A stretch of DNA of 32,000 bases, taken from positions 90,001 to 122,000 of the forward strand of contig NZ_CP026606.1 of the NCBI RefSeq assembly GCF_002945325.1. Direction: 5' to 3'. The notes below the pieces were generated by a model. That model saw only the letters and a program-made list of their open reading frames with translations. It was not told the DNA's origin and searched no databases. This document shows positions 19,332 to 27,864 of this stretch, in pieces (within the stretch, counting starts at the first letter, position 1; every line of letters begins with the position of its first letter). The DNA is from Methanococcus maripaludis (GTDB lineage Archaea; AGJL01; Methanococci; Methanococcales; Methanococcaceae). The position numbers were made by a program, and so were the translations under genes.

Positions 19332-20978
19332 TTAAATCATTGCAATTAAGGCATTTGCTGCTTCTGTTGTAGCGATTCTATCGCCACCAGCAACAACTAA
19401 AACATCGTTTCCATTTGCAGTTTCAGAAACTACTGATAAAGTTGCAAGGGAATCATCATTAATTGCAATTAATCTAGTATCTGCTAATTCTTTAGTTATG
19501 GAGTTTACAAAAGGTCCTCCAACCAATATTAATGGATTTTCTGAAGATTCCATTGACGTTTCAGTATCCAACTTAACAACTGGGGCATTTACGGTTAGGG
19601 ATTCCTCATCTCCTGCGAAAATTGCATCTGCAACAATTTCTGCATTTAGTACATTTACTTTTTGGTTTTTTACTATGCTAACTTCTTTTTCTTCGTTCAT
19701 TTCAAAAAATACACTTAATTTATCGTCTTCATCTTCATCATCAAGGGTAAATGTTCCATAATTTGCAATGGTTATCTCATCTCCAGACCCAATATCTTCT
19801 AAATCATCTCCGACATATTTCAAAGCAAGTCCAACTTTTTTCTGCCCATATTCAAAACTTTTAAAATCATCAGTATATTCTAAAGTATTATTACCTTTTA
19901 AAATCCCGTATGTTTCCCAATCTGGAATATATTCTTCCCCCAAGGATAAGCACTTCATGTTGTTAACGATTACAAGTTCCGCATAACCATAATCAGAACC
20001 GATATTTTGCCAAGCGCTGTTAATCCTTACCCCGATTCCATTTGAACACATGTTTAATCTTGGGTTATCAAATACTTCTGTTATAACCTTGCCATCTTTT
20101 AAAAGCTGAGCATTTACCTTACATTCATTTTCATCATCTAAACTTTGTATGATATTTAAAATTTTAACTTCATATCCGTTGCCAAGAGTATATGATTCAC
20201 CTTCTTTAATTACTCCATCATAAACTTCTTTTCCAAGAGCAAATGAATCTTTATCAGCACTCATACCAATAATAACCCATTCTTCACCCATAAAAGGAAT
20301 TCTTTTTCCGGGACAAAGTGTTGTTATGTCGTCAAAAGAAGAAGCATCGTCTTTAAATGAAATAACTGCGTAAGCTAGCCCTTCTTCATTTATATTCCAT
20401 TCACCACTATCATTATTTAACTTTGCAAATAAAAATTCATAAGCATCGTCATCGCTATTAAACCAGTCTGATGGATCGATATCATCAACTGAGGATAATG
20501 TTGATAGTTTACCAAGTGACTTTGCACCATTATCTGCATCAAGGCCTGTTGAATCGTCATAAGTAATATCTGCTAAAACATCTGCATAATCATCATCTGC
20601 ACAAGCAATGAAAAGCCCGTTTCCATTTGATGTGAAGTTAATAGAATCATCTGCTGCATCATCATTTAGTAGATCGAAATCATCAGAACTTGCGGATGCA
20701 CTGACTGATAAGGTTGCAGAAGCGCTTTCATCATGCTGTTCTAAAAAGGATAATGATCCAATTTTTGCCGCGATATTAGCAGCAGATACAACATCTGATG
20801 CTACTGAATTTGAACCAACAATAATATCAATATTTGAATTATTCCCTGAAACAATGTCTGAAACGAAAGAATCTACATCCCCAACTTGCTCTACTGCAAA
20901 AGCGCTTGAAGATAATGTCGTGCCGAGCATCAAGCCACCTAAACCGATGCTAACTATTTTTTTAATACTAATTGCCAT
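19332..20978 (-). CDS. S-layer protein (Methanococcales type)
   Basis: 548 aa. Signal peptide MAISIKKIVSIGLGGLMLGTTLSSSAFA. Conserved VVSAANIAAKIGS motif. Acidic D/S-rich body. C-terminal LILVGGPFVN...VLVVAGGDRIATTEAANALI domain. AGGTGA SD and a long AT-rich upstream region. Confidence 0.85.
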   Translation of the reverse strand: MAISIKKIVSIGLGGLMLGTTLSSSAFAVEQVGDVDSFVSDIVSGNNSNIDIIVGSNSVASDVVSAANIAAKIGSLSFLEQHDESASATLSVSASASSDDFDLLNDDAADDSINFTSNGNGLFIACADDDYADVLADITYDDSTGLDADNGAKSLGKLSTLSSVDDIDPSDWFNSDDDAYEFLFAKLNNDSGEWNINEEGLAYAVISFKDDASSFDDITTLCPGKRIPFMGEEWVIIGMSADKDSFALGKEVYDGVIKEGESYTLGNGYEVKILNIIQSLDDENECKVNAQLLKDGKVITEVFDNPRLNMCSNGIGVRINSAWQNIGSDYGYAELVIVNNMKCLSLGEEYIPDWETYGILKGNNTLEYTDDFKSFEYGQKKVGLALKYVGDDLEDIGSGDEITIANYGTFTLDDEDEDDKLSVFFEMNEEKEVSIVKNQKVNVLNAEIVADAIFAGDEESLTVNAPVVKLDTETSMESSENPLILVGGPFVNSITKELADTRLIAINDDSLATLSVVSETANGNDVLVVAGGDRIATTEAANALIAMI

Positions 20979-21429
20979 TTATTCACCTGTTTATTTAATT
21001 TTTTAAAAATAAATTATCTGGAATTTAATAAGTCTCTCAGTTATTGTGATTATACGCACCCCTATTTTCACCTTTATATAATGTAATTATAAATAATTAC
21101 TTTTTTTATAAAATAGTAATCACTATAGTTTACTATTATATATGTATTCTTACATATGGATACTTTAGCAAATTAAACGAGGTCTGTTGAAAATTCTGTA
21201 TGATATATTATAAAATATATCATATTTAGTATATTCATTTACAAATTATGTAATAATTATGAATAATATTTAAATTTTATGATTTTTTTAATAAATTTTT
21301 AAAAATAAATCATATGAAATATATACAAGAACACAAATATTGTTACAAAAATAATAGGGTGAAATTATCGAAGTAGACTGGGCTGAACATTATCGGAAAA
21401 ATCATGCAAAAACACAATTTAAGTCTGAA

Positions 21430-22227
21430 ATGGAATCGAAAAATTTTTGGGATACCTTTTCAAAAAATTACGCTAAAAATGTATTAAATAAAAAAAATAG
21501 ATGGGTCGAAAATAATATTGAATATCTTAAAAATGAGTTTAAAATCGATAAAAACACATCCATATTAGAAATTGGACCAGGACCTGGAACTTACACAATA
21601 CCCCTTGCAAAGGAAGTTAATGAAATTACTGTTGTAGAACAGTCTACCGGAATGATTGATATTTTAAAAAATAGAATGAAAGAAGAAGAAATTGACAACA
21701 TAAATATAATAAACAAAAGATGGGACGATTTTAAATTAGATGCAGGTAGTAATCACGATATTGTATTTTCATCGTACTCGCTCGGCGTAGATGATATGGA
21801 AAGTGCCCTTAAAAAAATGAATAATTATGCAGAAAAATACTGCTGTATCTTAACATTTGGGACTCGCCAAGCTTGGAGGCCAATATATAATAAAATTGGT
21901 GAATCCATTTTAGAACATGACCCCAAAAGAAAAGAATATGGAATGACATACATTTTAATTTATAACATATTATATCAGCTTGGAATATATGCTGATGTTA
22001 AAATAAGTGAAAAACCATTTTTACAAACATTTGAAAATCTGGACGAAGCTGCTGAACATTATTTGGATAGATTTAGAGCCCGTGGAGACATAAAATTAAA
22101 TAATGAACAATATTCAAAAATAAAAGAAATATTGTCAAATGAATTAACTAAAACAGGCGATTCTTGGAAATTTGAAAAAAATTCAAAAGAAGCCCTGATT
22201 TGGTGGAAAAAAGAACAAAATATTTGA
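21430..22227 (+). CDS. Class I SAM-dependent methyltransferase
   Basis: 265 aa. Motif I ILEIGPGPGTYT and post-I acidic residue VVEQS. The start may lie upstream (see findings). Confidence 0.85.
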   Translation: MESKNFWDTFSKNYAKNVLNKKNRWVENNIEYLKNEFKIDKNTSILEIGPGPGTYTIPLAKEVNEITVVEQSTGMIDILKNRMKEEEIDNINIINKRWDDFKLDAGSNHDIVFSSYSLGVDDMESALKKMNNYAEKYCCILTFGTRQAWRPIYNKIGESILEHDPKRKEYGMTYILIYNILYQLGIYADVKISEKPFLQTFENLDEAAEHYLDRFRARGDIKLNNEQYSKIKEILSNELTKTGDSWKFEKNSKEALIWWKKEQNI

Positions 22228-22240
22228 AATATTTAAATAA

Positions 22241-23956
22241 TTAACTTTTTTGAATTTTTAATTTTTTTAAATGTTTTATAAGTTTTTTTAACTCTAAAAC
22301 TTCCTTGATATTCCCGTCTGACCTAAATATCTTAACCATTGATTTAACCTGAGCAACTGCTTCATCATATCGTTTTAATGCAGCATACATTGCGGCTAAA
22401 TTATATATTGCAGCCCAATAATCAGGATCAATTTCAATTGCTTTTTTGTAGTGTTCTTCTGCTTCATCATATTTTTCAGATTTTGCTAAAAAAGTTGCAA
22501 GATTATTATGGGCTTTTGAATTTGAACCATCTAAAGCGATTGCTTTTTTAAATTCAATTTCTGCTTCACCATATTTTTCAAGGTATTCCAAAAGACACCC
22601 GTAATGATTGTGTGCTTCTGAGTGACCCGGATTTAAGGCAATTGCTTTTTTATATTCTGTTTTGGCAGCCTCAAAATCACCAGATTCATAGAGTGTATTT
22701 GCAAAACTTAATATTTCAAGAAATTCTTTATTGTCTATCTCGTAAGTGTATTCTTCAACTAATTCACTTTCTAATTCCGATTTATCAAGTAATTCATCAA
22801 GGGTTTCTAATTTTTCTTCAATTAATCCTTCTGAATTTTCTAACTCATTTTCAATATCTTCTTCAATAGCATCTAAAATTTCAACATCTTCAACTAATTC
22901 TTCAGGTACTTCAAAAACTGATTCCAAGTTTTCCTCGATTTCTGGCTGTTCAGTTTCTTTTTCGAGTTCGAAAATGCTTTCTTCTTCAAATTCAGGTTCT
23001 ACAATAGAAACTTCTAAATTTTCGTCACTAATTTCATTTTTTTCTTCAGGATCCGTTACTTCGAAAGTTTCACATTTGATATCTTCTTTAATATCTTCTT
23101 CAAAATTTTCGTTTAATTCGTCTTCAGGCTGTGTTTCTGAGTTATCCTCTGATTCATCAATTTCAGGCAGTTTATCATCTATTTTTTCAGTTACTTCATC
23201 TTCACTTTCTGTTTCTTCAAAATTTTCCCCAATTTCACCTTCCAAGATGAGGTCTTCAAGCTCTTCAGGTTCAAGTTCGGAATATTTTTGGGGTTCTTCT
23301 GATTCTTCTTGAACAGTTTTTGAAAAAATATCTGGTACCAGTTCATCGATCTTTACATCTTTGTACAACACAGGTTTTTTGGTTTCTTCACCCATATCAA
23401 ACAAATTCATGTTTGAAAGCGAATTAAAGTTATGCAGTGCATCTACAAAATCAGGTATTATTTTCACTGCTTTTTTGTAACATCTTATTGCTTCGGCGTA
23501 TTTTCCGAAATTAAAGTATATGTTTCCCATATTAAATGAAATTTGTGATTCTACAAAATCAGTTCCCTTTTTTTCCATTTTTTTAAGTTTTTCGACTTCG
23601 TCGTTCACTTTTTTTGAAAGGCTGTAGTTATCTTCAAATTCAGGCTGGTGGATTGAAATTTGCTTTTTTAATTCAGGGTCGTCTAATTTTAAAGAAATTA
23701 TATATTTGTCCGAATTGTATGCAGTTTTCGCTTCATCTAACATGTTTTCGTTAGAATACATTGAACTAAACAAAAATATAACATACTTACTCGTTTTCAT
23801 TGCTAAATTGAGCCTTGAAAGTGTGTTTTCACGATTATCTAAATTTATTAAAAAACACTCCCTTTCAAACCCTCTTTCAAGCGTTTTTTTAATCTGTTTT
23901 GAATATTCAATCCCGCTTGTATCATAGAAAACTACTGCGTTGTTGTAATCTGCCAT
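22241..23956 (-). CDS. TIR-like N-terminal domain / polyacidic linker / TPR repeat protein
   Basis: 571 aa. Residues 1-95 show a flavodoxin/TIR-like strand-helix pattern. One TPR at about 137-170. Residues about 215-405 are E/D-rich low complexity. Four TPRs at about 415-545 (FEAAKTEYKKAIALNPGHSEAH, YGEAEIEFKKAIALDGSNSKAH, YDEAEEHYKKAIEIDPDYWAA). GAGGGA SD. Confidence 0.8.
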   Translation of the reverse strand: MADYNNAVVFYDTSGIEYSKQIKKTLERGFERECFLINLDNRENTLSRLNLAMKTSKYVIFLFSSMYSNENMLDEAKTAYNSDKYIISLKLDDPELKKQISIHQPEFEDNYSLSKKVNDEVEKLKKMEKKGTDFVESQISFNMGNIYFNFGKYAEAIRCYKKAVKIIPDFVDALHNFNSLSNMNLFDMGEETKKPVLYKDVKIDELVPDIFSKTVQEESEEPQKYSELEPEELEDLILEGEIGENFEETESEDEVTEKIDDKLPEIDESEDNSETQPEDELNENFEEDIKEDIKCETFEVTDPEEKNEISDENLEVSIVEPEFEEESIFELEKETEQPEIEENLESVFEVPEELVEDVEILDAIEEDIENELENSEGLIEEKLETLDELLDKSELESELVEEYTYEIDNKEFLEILSFANTLYESGDFEAAKTEYKKAIALNPGHSEAHNHYGCLLEYLEKYGEAEIEFKKAIALDGSNSKAHNNLATFLAKSEKYDEAEEHYKKAIEIDPDYWAAIYNLAAMYAALKRYDEAVAQVKSMVKIFRSDGNIKEVLELKKLIKHLKKLKIQKS

Positions 23957-24045
23957 AAAAATCCCTCGATGATAACAATTAAAATAAAATTAAACTTTAA
24001 ATAATTTAAAACTTTCTCTAAATATTTTAAAAAAAGAAAAAAGAA

Positions 24046-24960
24046 CTAATACGTAAAAGTTTCGATTTCTTTAAATGATGCACCGATTCTTGCACCAAGT
24101 TCCTTTGAAAGTTCGACATCATCAGTAGTGCATATGATAAATCCTTCGTTTGATTTTACTCGCTTTATTGTGCCCTGTTCTTGCACAAGTTCACATCTTA
24201 AATTTAAAATTCCTTCTTCAGTATCGTAAATTGCAAAAGCTCCAAAAGGTGCCTGACATCCACCACCATATTCTTTTAAAGCCCATCTTTCAGCAGTAGC
24301 TTCAATATATGTCTTTTTATCACATATCTTTTCTAAAATTTCGTTTATTTTCATATCGGATTTTCTTGAAGCAACACCAATTACTCCTTGAGCTGGTGCA
24401 GGAAGTATATCAAGCTTTTTGTAATTAAATTCGGATAAATCAATGCCCTGCCTTATGAGTCCCGCTTTTGCCATTACAATAGTATCGTATTCTCCATTTC
24501 TTAATTTATTAATTCTTGTTGCAACATTACCCCTGAGTAGTTTTGGAGTGAGATTTGGGTTGGTGAACTGTAAAAATGAGGTTCTTCTAATGCTTGAAGT
24601 TCCTACATTTAATTCATCATGTTCAATATCAAAATCGCAGTCTTTTCTCCAGATTATGATGTCATCAGGACTTTCTCGCTTAGGTGTTGCAGTAATTTGT
24701 AATTCATCACTCCAGAGGGTTGGAACGTCCTTTAAACTGTGGACTGCAATATCAATTTCATTTTCAAGCATTTTATTATCGAGTTCTTTTGTAAAAACAC
24801 CGATTCCAAGATCAGCAAGTTTTTTGTTCTGATCTTTGTCGCCAGTAGTTTTAACTATCATTATTTCAGTTTCAATACCTAAATCATTTAAAAGACCTGC
24901 AATATATTCAGTCTGGACCATTGCAAGCGTGCTTCCCCTTGTTCCTATTCTTAACTTCAA
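24046..24960 (-). CDS. hemC: Hydroxymethylbilane synthase (porphobilinogen deaminase)
   Basis: KLRIGTRGSTLA, HSLKDVP, LRGNVATRINKL, GGCQAPFGA (dipyrromethane Cys). The start codon is TTG at 24960, with GGTGA 4 nt upstream. Confidence 0.95.
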   Translation of the reverse strand: MKLRIGTRGSTLAMVQTEYIAGLLNDLGIETEIMIVKTTGDKDQNKKLADLGIGVFTKELDNKMLENEIDIAVHSLKDVPTLWSDELQITATPKRESPDDIIIWRKDCDFDIEHDELNVGTSSIRRTSFLQFTNPNLTPKLLRGNVATRINKLRNGEYDTIVMAKAGLIRQGIDLSEFNYKKLDILPAPAQGVIGVASRKSDMKINEILEKICDKKTYIEATAERWALKEYGGGCQAPFGAFAIYDTEEGILNLRCELVQEQGTIKRVKSNEGFIICTTDDVELSKELGARIGASFKEIETFTY

Positions 24961-25082
24961 AATTTCACCGCTAAATAACTAAAATATGAAAAATATTAAA
25001 ATCGAATAATTTGAATATCAAGTCTGTTATTATTTTTAAATATATTATTCTTATTACTTTTGATTTAACTAATTTTTTAAGG

Positions 25083-26276
25083 TTATTCCCCTCTCAAAGT
25101 ATCAACAGGGTTTAATTTTGCACCGCTTCTTGCAGGGAAGTAGCCGCTTAATATTCCAACTACAAATGAAAATACTAAAACTCCGACAATTAATTCCCAT
25201 GAAATCCATGCTCTAATCAATCCATATCCTGAAATTGCTGCAATATACTCGATAGCTTTTGCAATAAGTATTCCAAGTATCGTTCCAATAATTCCGCCGA
25301 ATAATCCTAAAAATCCAGCTTCAACCACAAATATTGAAAGAATTGTATTGTTTTCTGCACCGAGTGCTTTTAAAATTCCAATATCCTTTCTCCGTTCTAA
25401 AATACTCATGTGCATTGTGTTTGAAATTCCAACAGCCCCAACAAGAAGAGAAATTCCTGCAACACCGACTAAAAATATTGTTAAAACTTCAAATATGCTG
25501 TTAATGGATTCTGCAAGCTGTTCTGCAGTTAAAACCGAGAAATTTTCATCCCCTCTTGAATCTTCAAGTTCGTCTTCAATATCTTCTGAAACTTTGTTTA
25601 CATCTTCGCCAGATCGGACTGAAACAATCATCATGTTGTATTCGTCATTGATTTCAAAAAGTTCTTCACCAACGTCTTTTGATAGAATAACTGAATCTTC
25701 AGTTCTCGGATTTCCCGTTTCTTCGAGTATCCCGATAACTTTGTATTTTTTATCATTTATGGTTATTTTATCCCCAATATCAATTTCACGATCAAATGAA
25801 TTAGTTGCAAGTGCATATCCAATCATACACGAGTACTTATCATTATCCTCAATCCATCGACCTTTGTAGGGTTCGTAACCCCATGTTTTTGAGTATACGT
25901 GAGTAAATTTTGAAGGCTCGATTACTAAAACATTGCCGTAATGAGTTTGATCTCGATATTCAAGCCCATAACTTCCAAACCATGCGGCAACAACTTCTTC
26001 AACGCCCCTAACATTTCTTACAGCGCTAACGTCGTTGTCATTAAAATTTTTAGAAACAGCAGGGCCTCCAAAATTTTGTGAAGGCAGAATTGAGATAACG
26101 TTTGCACCTATCGTTGTAATTTCACCGGTTATGTAATTTTGAACCCCAAACCCGAGAGAAATTAAACTAACTATTGCTAAAATACCAATAACAACACCGA
26201 TTATAGTTAAAAAACTCTGCGTCTTTTTTTGAGTTATGTTTCTCCCTGCAAAACTTACAACGTCAGTTAGCCTCAT
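25083..26276 (-). CDS. ABC transporter permease, MacB/FtsX family
   Basis: 397 aa. N-terminal TM, a roughly 230-aa extracytoplasmic domain, then the FtsX-type 3-TM bundle (ERRKDIGILKALGA...). GGGAG SD. Confidence 0.88.
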   Translation of the reverse strand: MRLTDVVSFAGRNITQKKTQSFLTIIGVVIGILAIVSLISLGFGVQNYITGEITTIGANVISILPSQNFGGPAVSKNFNDNDVSAVRNVRGVEEVVAAWFGSYGLEYRDQTHYGNVLVIEPSKFTHVYSKTWGYEPYKGRWIEDNDKYSCMIGYALATNSFDREIDIGDKITINDKKYKVIGILEETGNPRTEDSVILSKDVGEELFEINDEYNMMIVSVRSGEDVNKVSEDIEDELEDSRGDENFSVLTAEQLAESINSIFEVLTIFLVGVAGISLLVGAVGISNTMHMSILERRKDIGILKALGAENNTILSIFVVEAGFLGLFGGIIGTILGILIAKAIEYIAAISGYGLIRAWISWELIVGVLVFSFVVGILSGYFPARSGAKLNPVDTLRGE

Positions 26277-26316
26277 AAAAAATCTCCCGACTTAAAAAAT
26301 TAAACTTAAGGAAATA

Positions 26317-27270
26317 TTATTTATTTACAACATTTATAGGATTTCCATCGATAAAAGACTTCACGTTATTTATCGTTACAGCCATTAGTCTTTTTCTCGC
26401 TTCATAGGATGCCCATGCAACGTGCGGTGTTATATATGTATTTTTAGCGTTAAGTAGTGGATTATCTTTTTTTGGAGGTTCTGTTGAAAGAACATCGAGC
26501 CCTGCTCCTGCAATTTTTCCCAAATTTAATGCATCTGCAAGATCTTTTTCATTGATAAGCCCGCCTCTTCCAGTATTTATTAAAATTGCAGAATTTTTCA
26601 TTAAATTTAATGTTTTTTCATTTGCAATTTTATCTGTTTCGTCATTTAATGGACAGTGCAGTGTTAAAAAGTCAGAATTTTTAAAAATTTCTTCTTTGGA
26701 TACAAAATTAACATCCAGCTTTGTTTTTGAAACATTTCTCGTGTTTACAAGCACATTCATTCCAAAAGCATTTCCAATTTCTGCAACTTTTTTTCCAATT
26801 GCTCCAAATCCAATTATTCCAAGATTTTTACCTGCAAGTTCAATAATTGGGAATTTTTGATATGAAAAATCTTTTGAATTTACCCAATCTCCAGATTTTA
26901 CGCTTTTTGCATATTTAGACACATTCTGGCTGTGTTCAAGGATAAATGAAAATACAAGTTGAGCCACTGAGTCGGTTGAATATGCTGGAACATTTGTTAC
27001 AATTACCCCGAGTTCTTTGGCCAAATTAGTATCTACGACATTATAGCCTGTTGCAGTAACTCCAACATATTTTATGTTTTTACATTTTTCAAAAACTTCT
27101 TTTCCAATTACCACTTTATTCGTAATTACAATTTCTGAATCTGAAATCCTTTCAACTACTTTTGATTCAGGAGTTCTATCATAAATGGAAAGTTCACCGA
27201 GTTTTTTTAGATCTTCCCACGATAAATCTCCCGAATTCATGGCGTATCCATCAAGTACAACTATTTTCAT
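26317..27270 (-). CDS. D-isomer-specific 2-hydroxyacid dehydrogenase (glycerate dehydrogenase-like)
   Basis: 317 aa. NAD-binding GIIGFGAIGKKVA. Catalytic region INTGRGGLINEKDL...LDV...EP and THVAWAS (His). Confidence 0.88.
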   Translation of the reverse strand: MKIVVLDGYAMNSGDLSWEDLKKLGELSIYDRTPESKVVERISDSEIVITNKVVIGKEVFEKCKNIKYVGVTATGYNVVDTNLAKELGVIVTNVPAYSTDSVAQLVFSFILEHSQNVSKYAKSVKSGDWVNSKDFSYQKFPIIELAGKNLGIIGFGAIGKKVAEIGNAFGMNVLVNTRNVSKTKLDVNFVSKEEIFKNSDFLTLHCPLNDETDKIANEKTLNLMKNSAILINTGRGGLINEKDLADALNLGKIAGAGLDVLSTEPPKKDNPLLNAKNTYITPHVAWASYEARKRLMAVTINNVKSFIDGNPINVVNK

Positions 27271-27301
27271 AAAATATCACATTTTTTAGGGCTATTTTAA
27301 A

Positions 27302-27739
27302 TTATTCTCCAATATCTTCATTCCATAATTTTGGATTATTTCCTATAAATTCTTCCATCATTTTTACGCATCTTTCATCATTTAAAACTTCGACAGCAAC
27401 CCCATTATTCATTAAAAGATCTTCTGCACCCAAAAAAGTTTTATTTTCCCCAATTACCACTTTCTTAATTTTATAAAGTAAAACTGCACCACTGCACATG
27501 ATGCATGGAGAAAGGGTTGTGTAAAGTTCGCAATTTTTATAAATGTTTGACGTTAACCTTCCTGCATTTTCAAGCGCATCCATTTCCGCATGCAAAATCG
27601 AACTGTTATTTTGAACTCTCCTGTTATGCCCTCGACCGATAATCTTATTTTCATAAACTAAAACTGCGCCGATCGGAATTCCGCCTTCTTTAAGTCCTAA
27701 GTTAGCTTCTTTTATTGCTTCATCCATAAAATCAGTCAA
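27302..27739 (-). CDS. Cytosine deaminase, yeast Fcy1-type (CDA zinc-deaminase fold)
   Basis: HAEMDALE and LSPCIMCSGA zinc motifs. LYTTLSPC, VIGEN, DERC and a C-terminal ...WNEDIGE that parallel S. cerevisiae Fcy1 (...DWFEDIGE) as I recall it. The start is TTG 27739 (GGTGG upstream) or ATG 27727. Confidence 0.8.
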   Translation of the reverse strand: MTDFMDEAIKEANLGLKEGGIPIGAVLVYENKIIGRGHNRRVQNNSSILHAEMDALENAGRLTSNIYKNCELYTTLSPCIMCSGAVLLYKIKKVVIGENKTFLGAEDLLMNNGVAVEVLNDERCVKMMEEFIGNNPKLWNEDIGE

Positions 27740-27864
27740 TTTTCCACCATTAATTCTAGATAATTAAATAAATTCGTTTAAGTTAATTAAATTCTTTTAA
27801 AAACTATATATATATAATTTCTGAAAAGAATAAATTTAAAAAAAGAAAAATTATGTTTAAGTAG

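Noticed and set aside
20608-21006. 132-aa + strand ORF overlapping the S-layer gene start, with similar antisense ORFs at 24443-24832 and 25348-25869
   Set aside because: All are fully antisense to well-supported genes. They lack SD sites and have compositions typical of antisense frames in AT-rich genes.
22746-23312. 188-aa Ser-rich ORF on the + strand
   Set aside because: It is exactly antisense to the GAA/GAT-rich polyacidic tract of the 22241-23956 gene. Reverse-complemented Glu/Asp codons give stop-free Ser/Phe codons. There is no SD and the sequence is low complexity.
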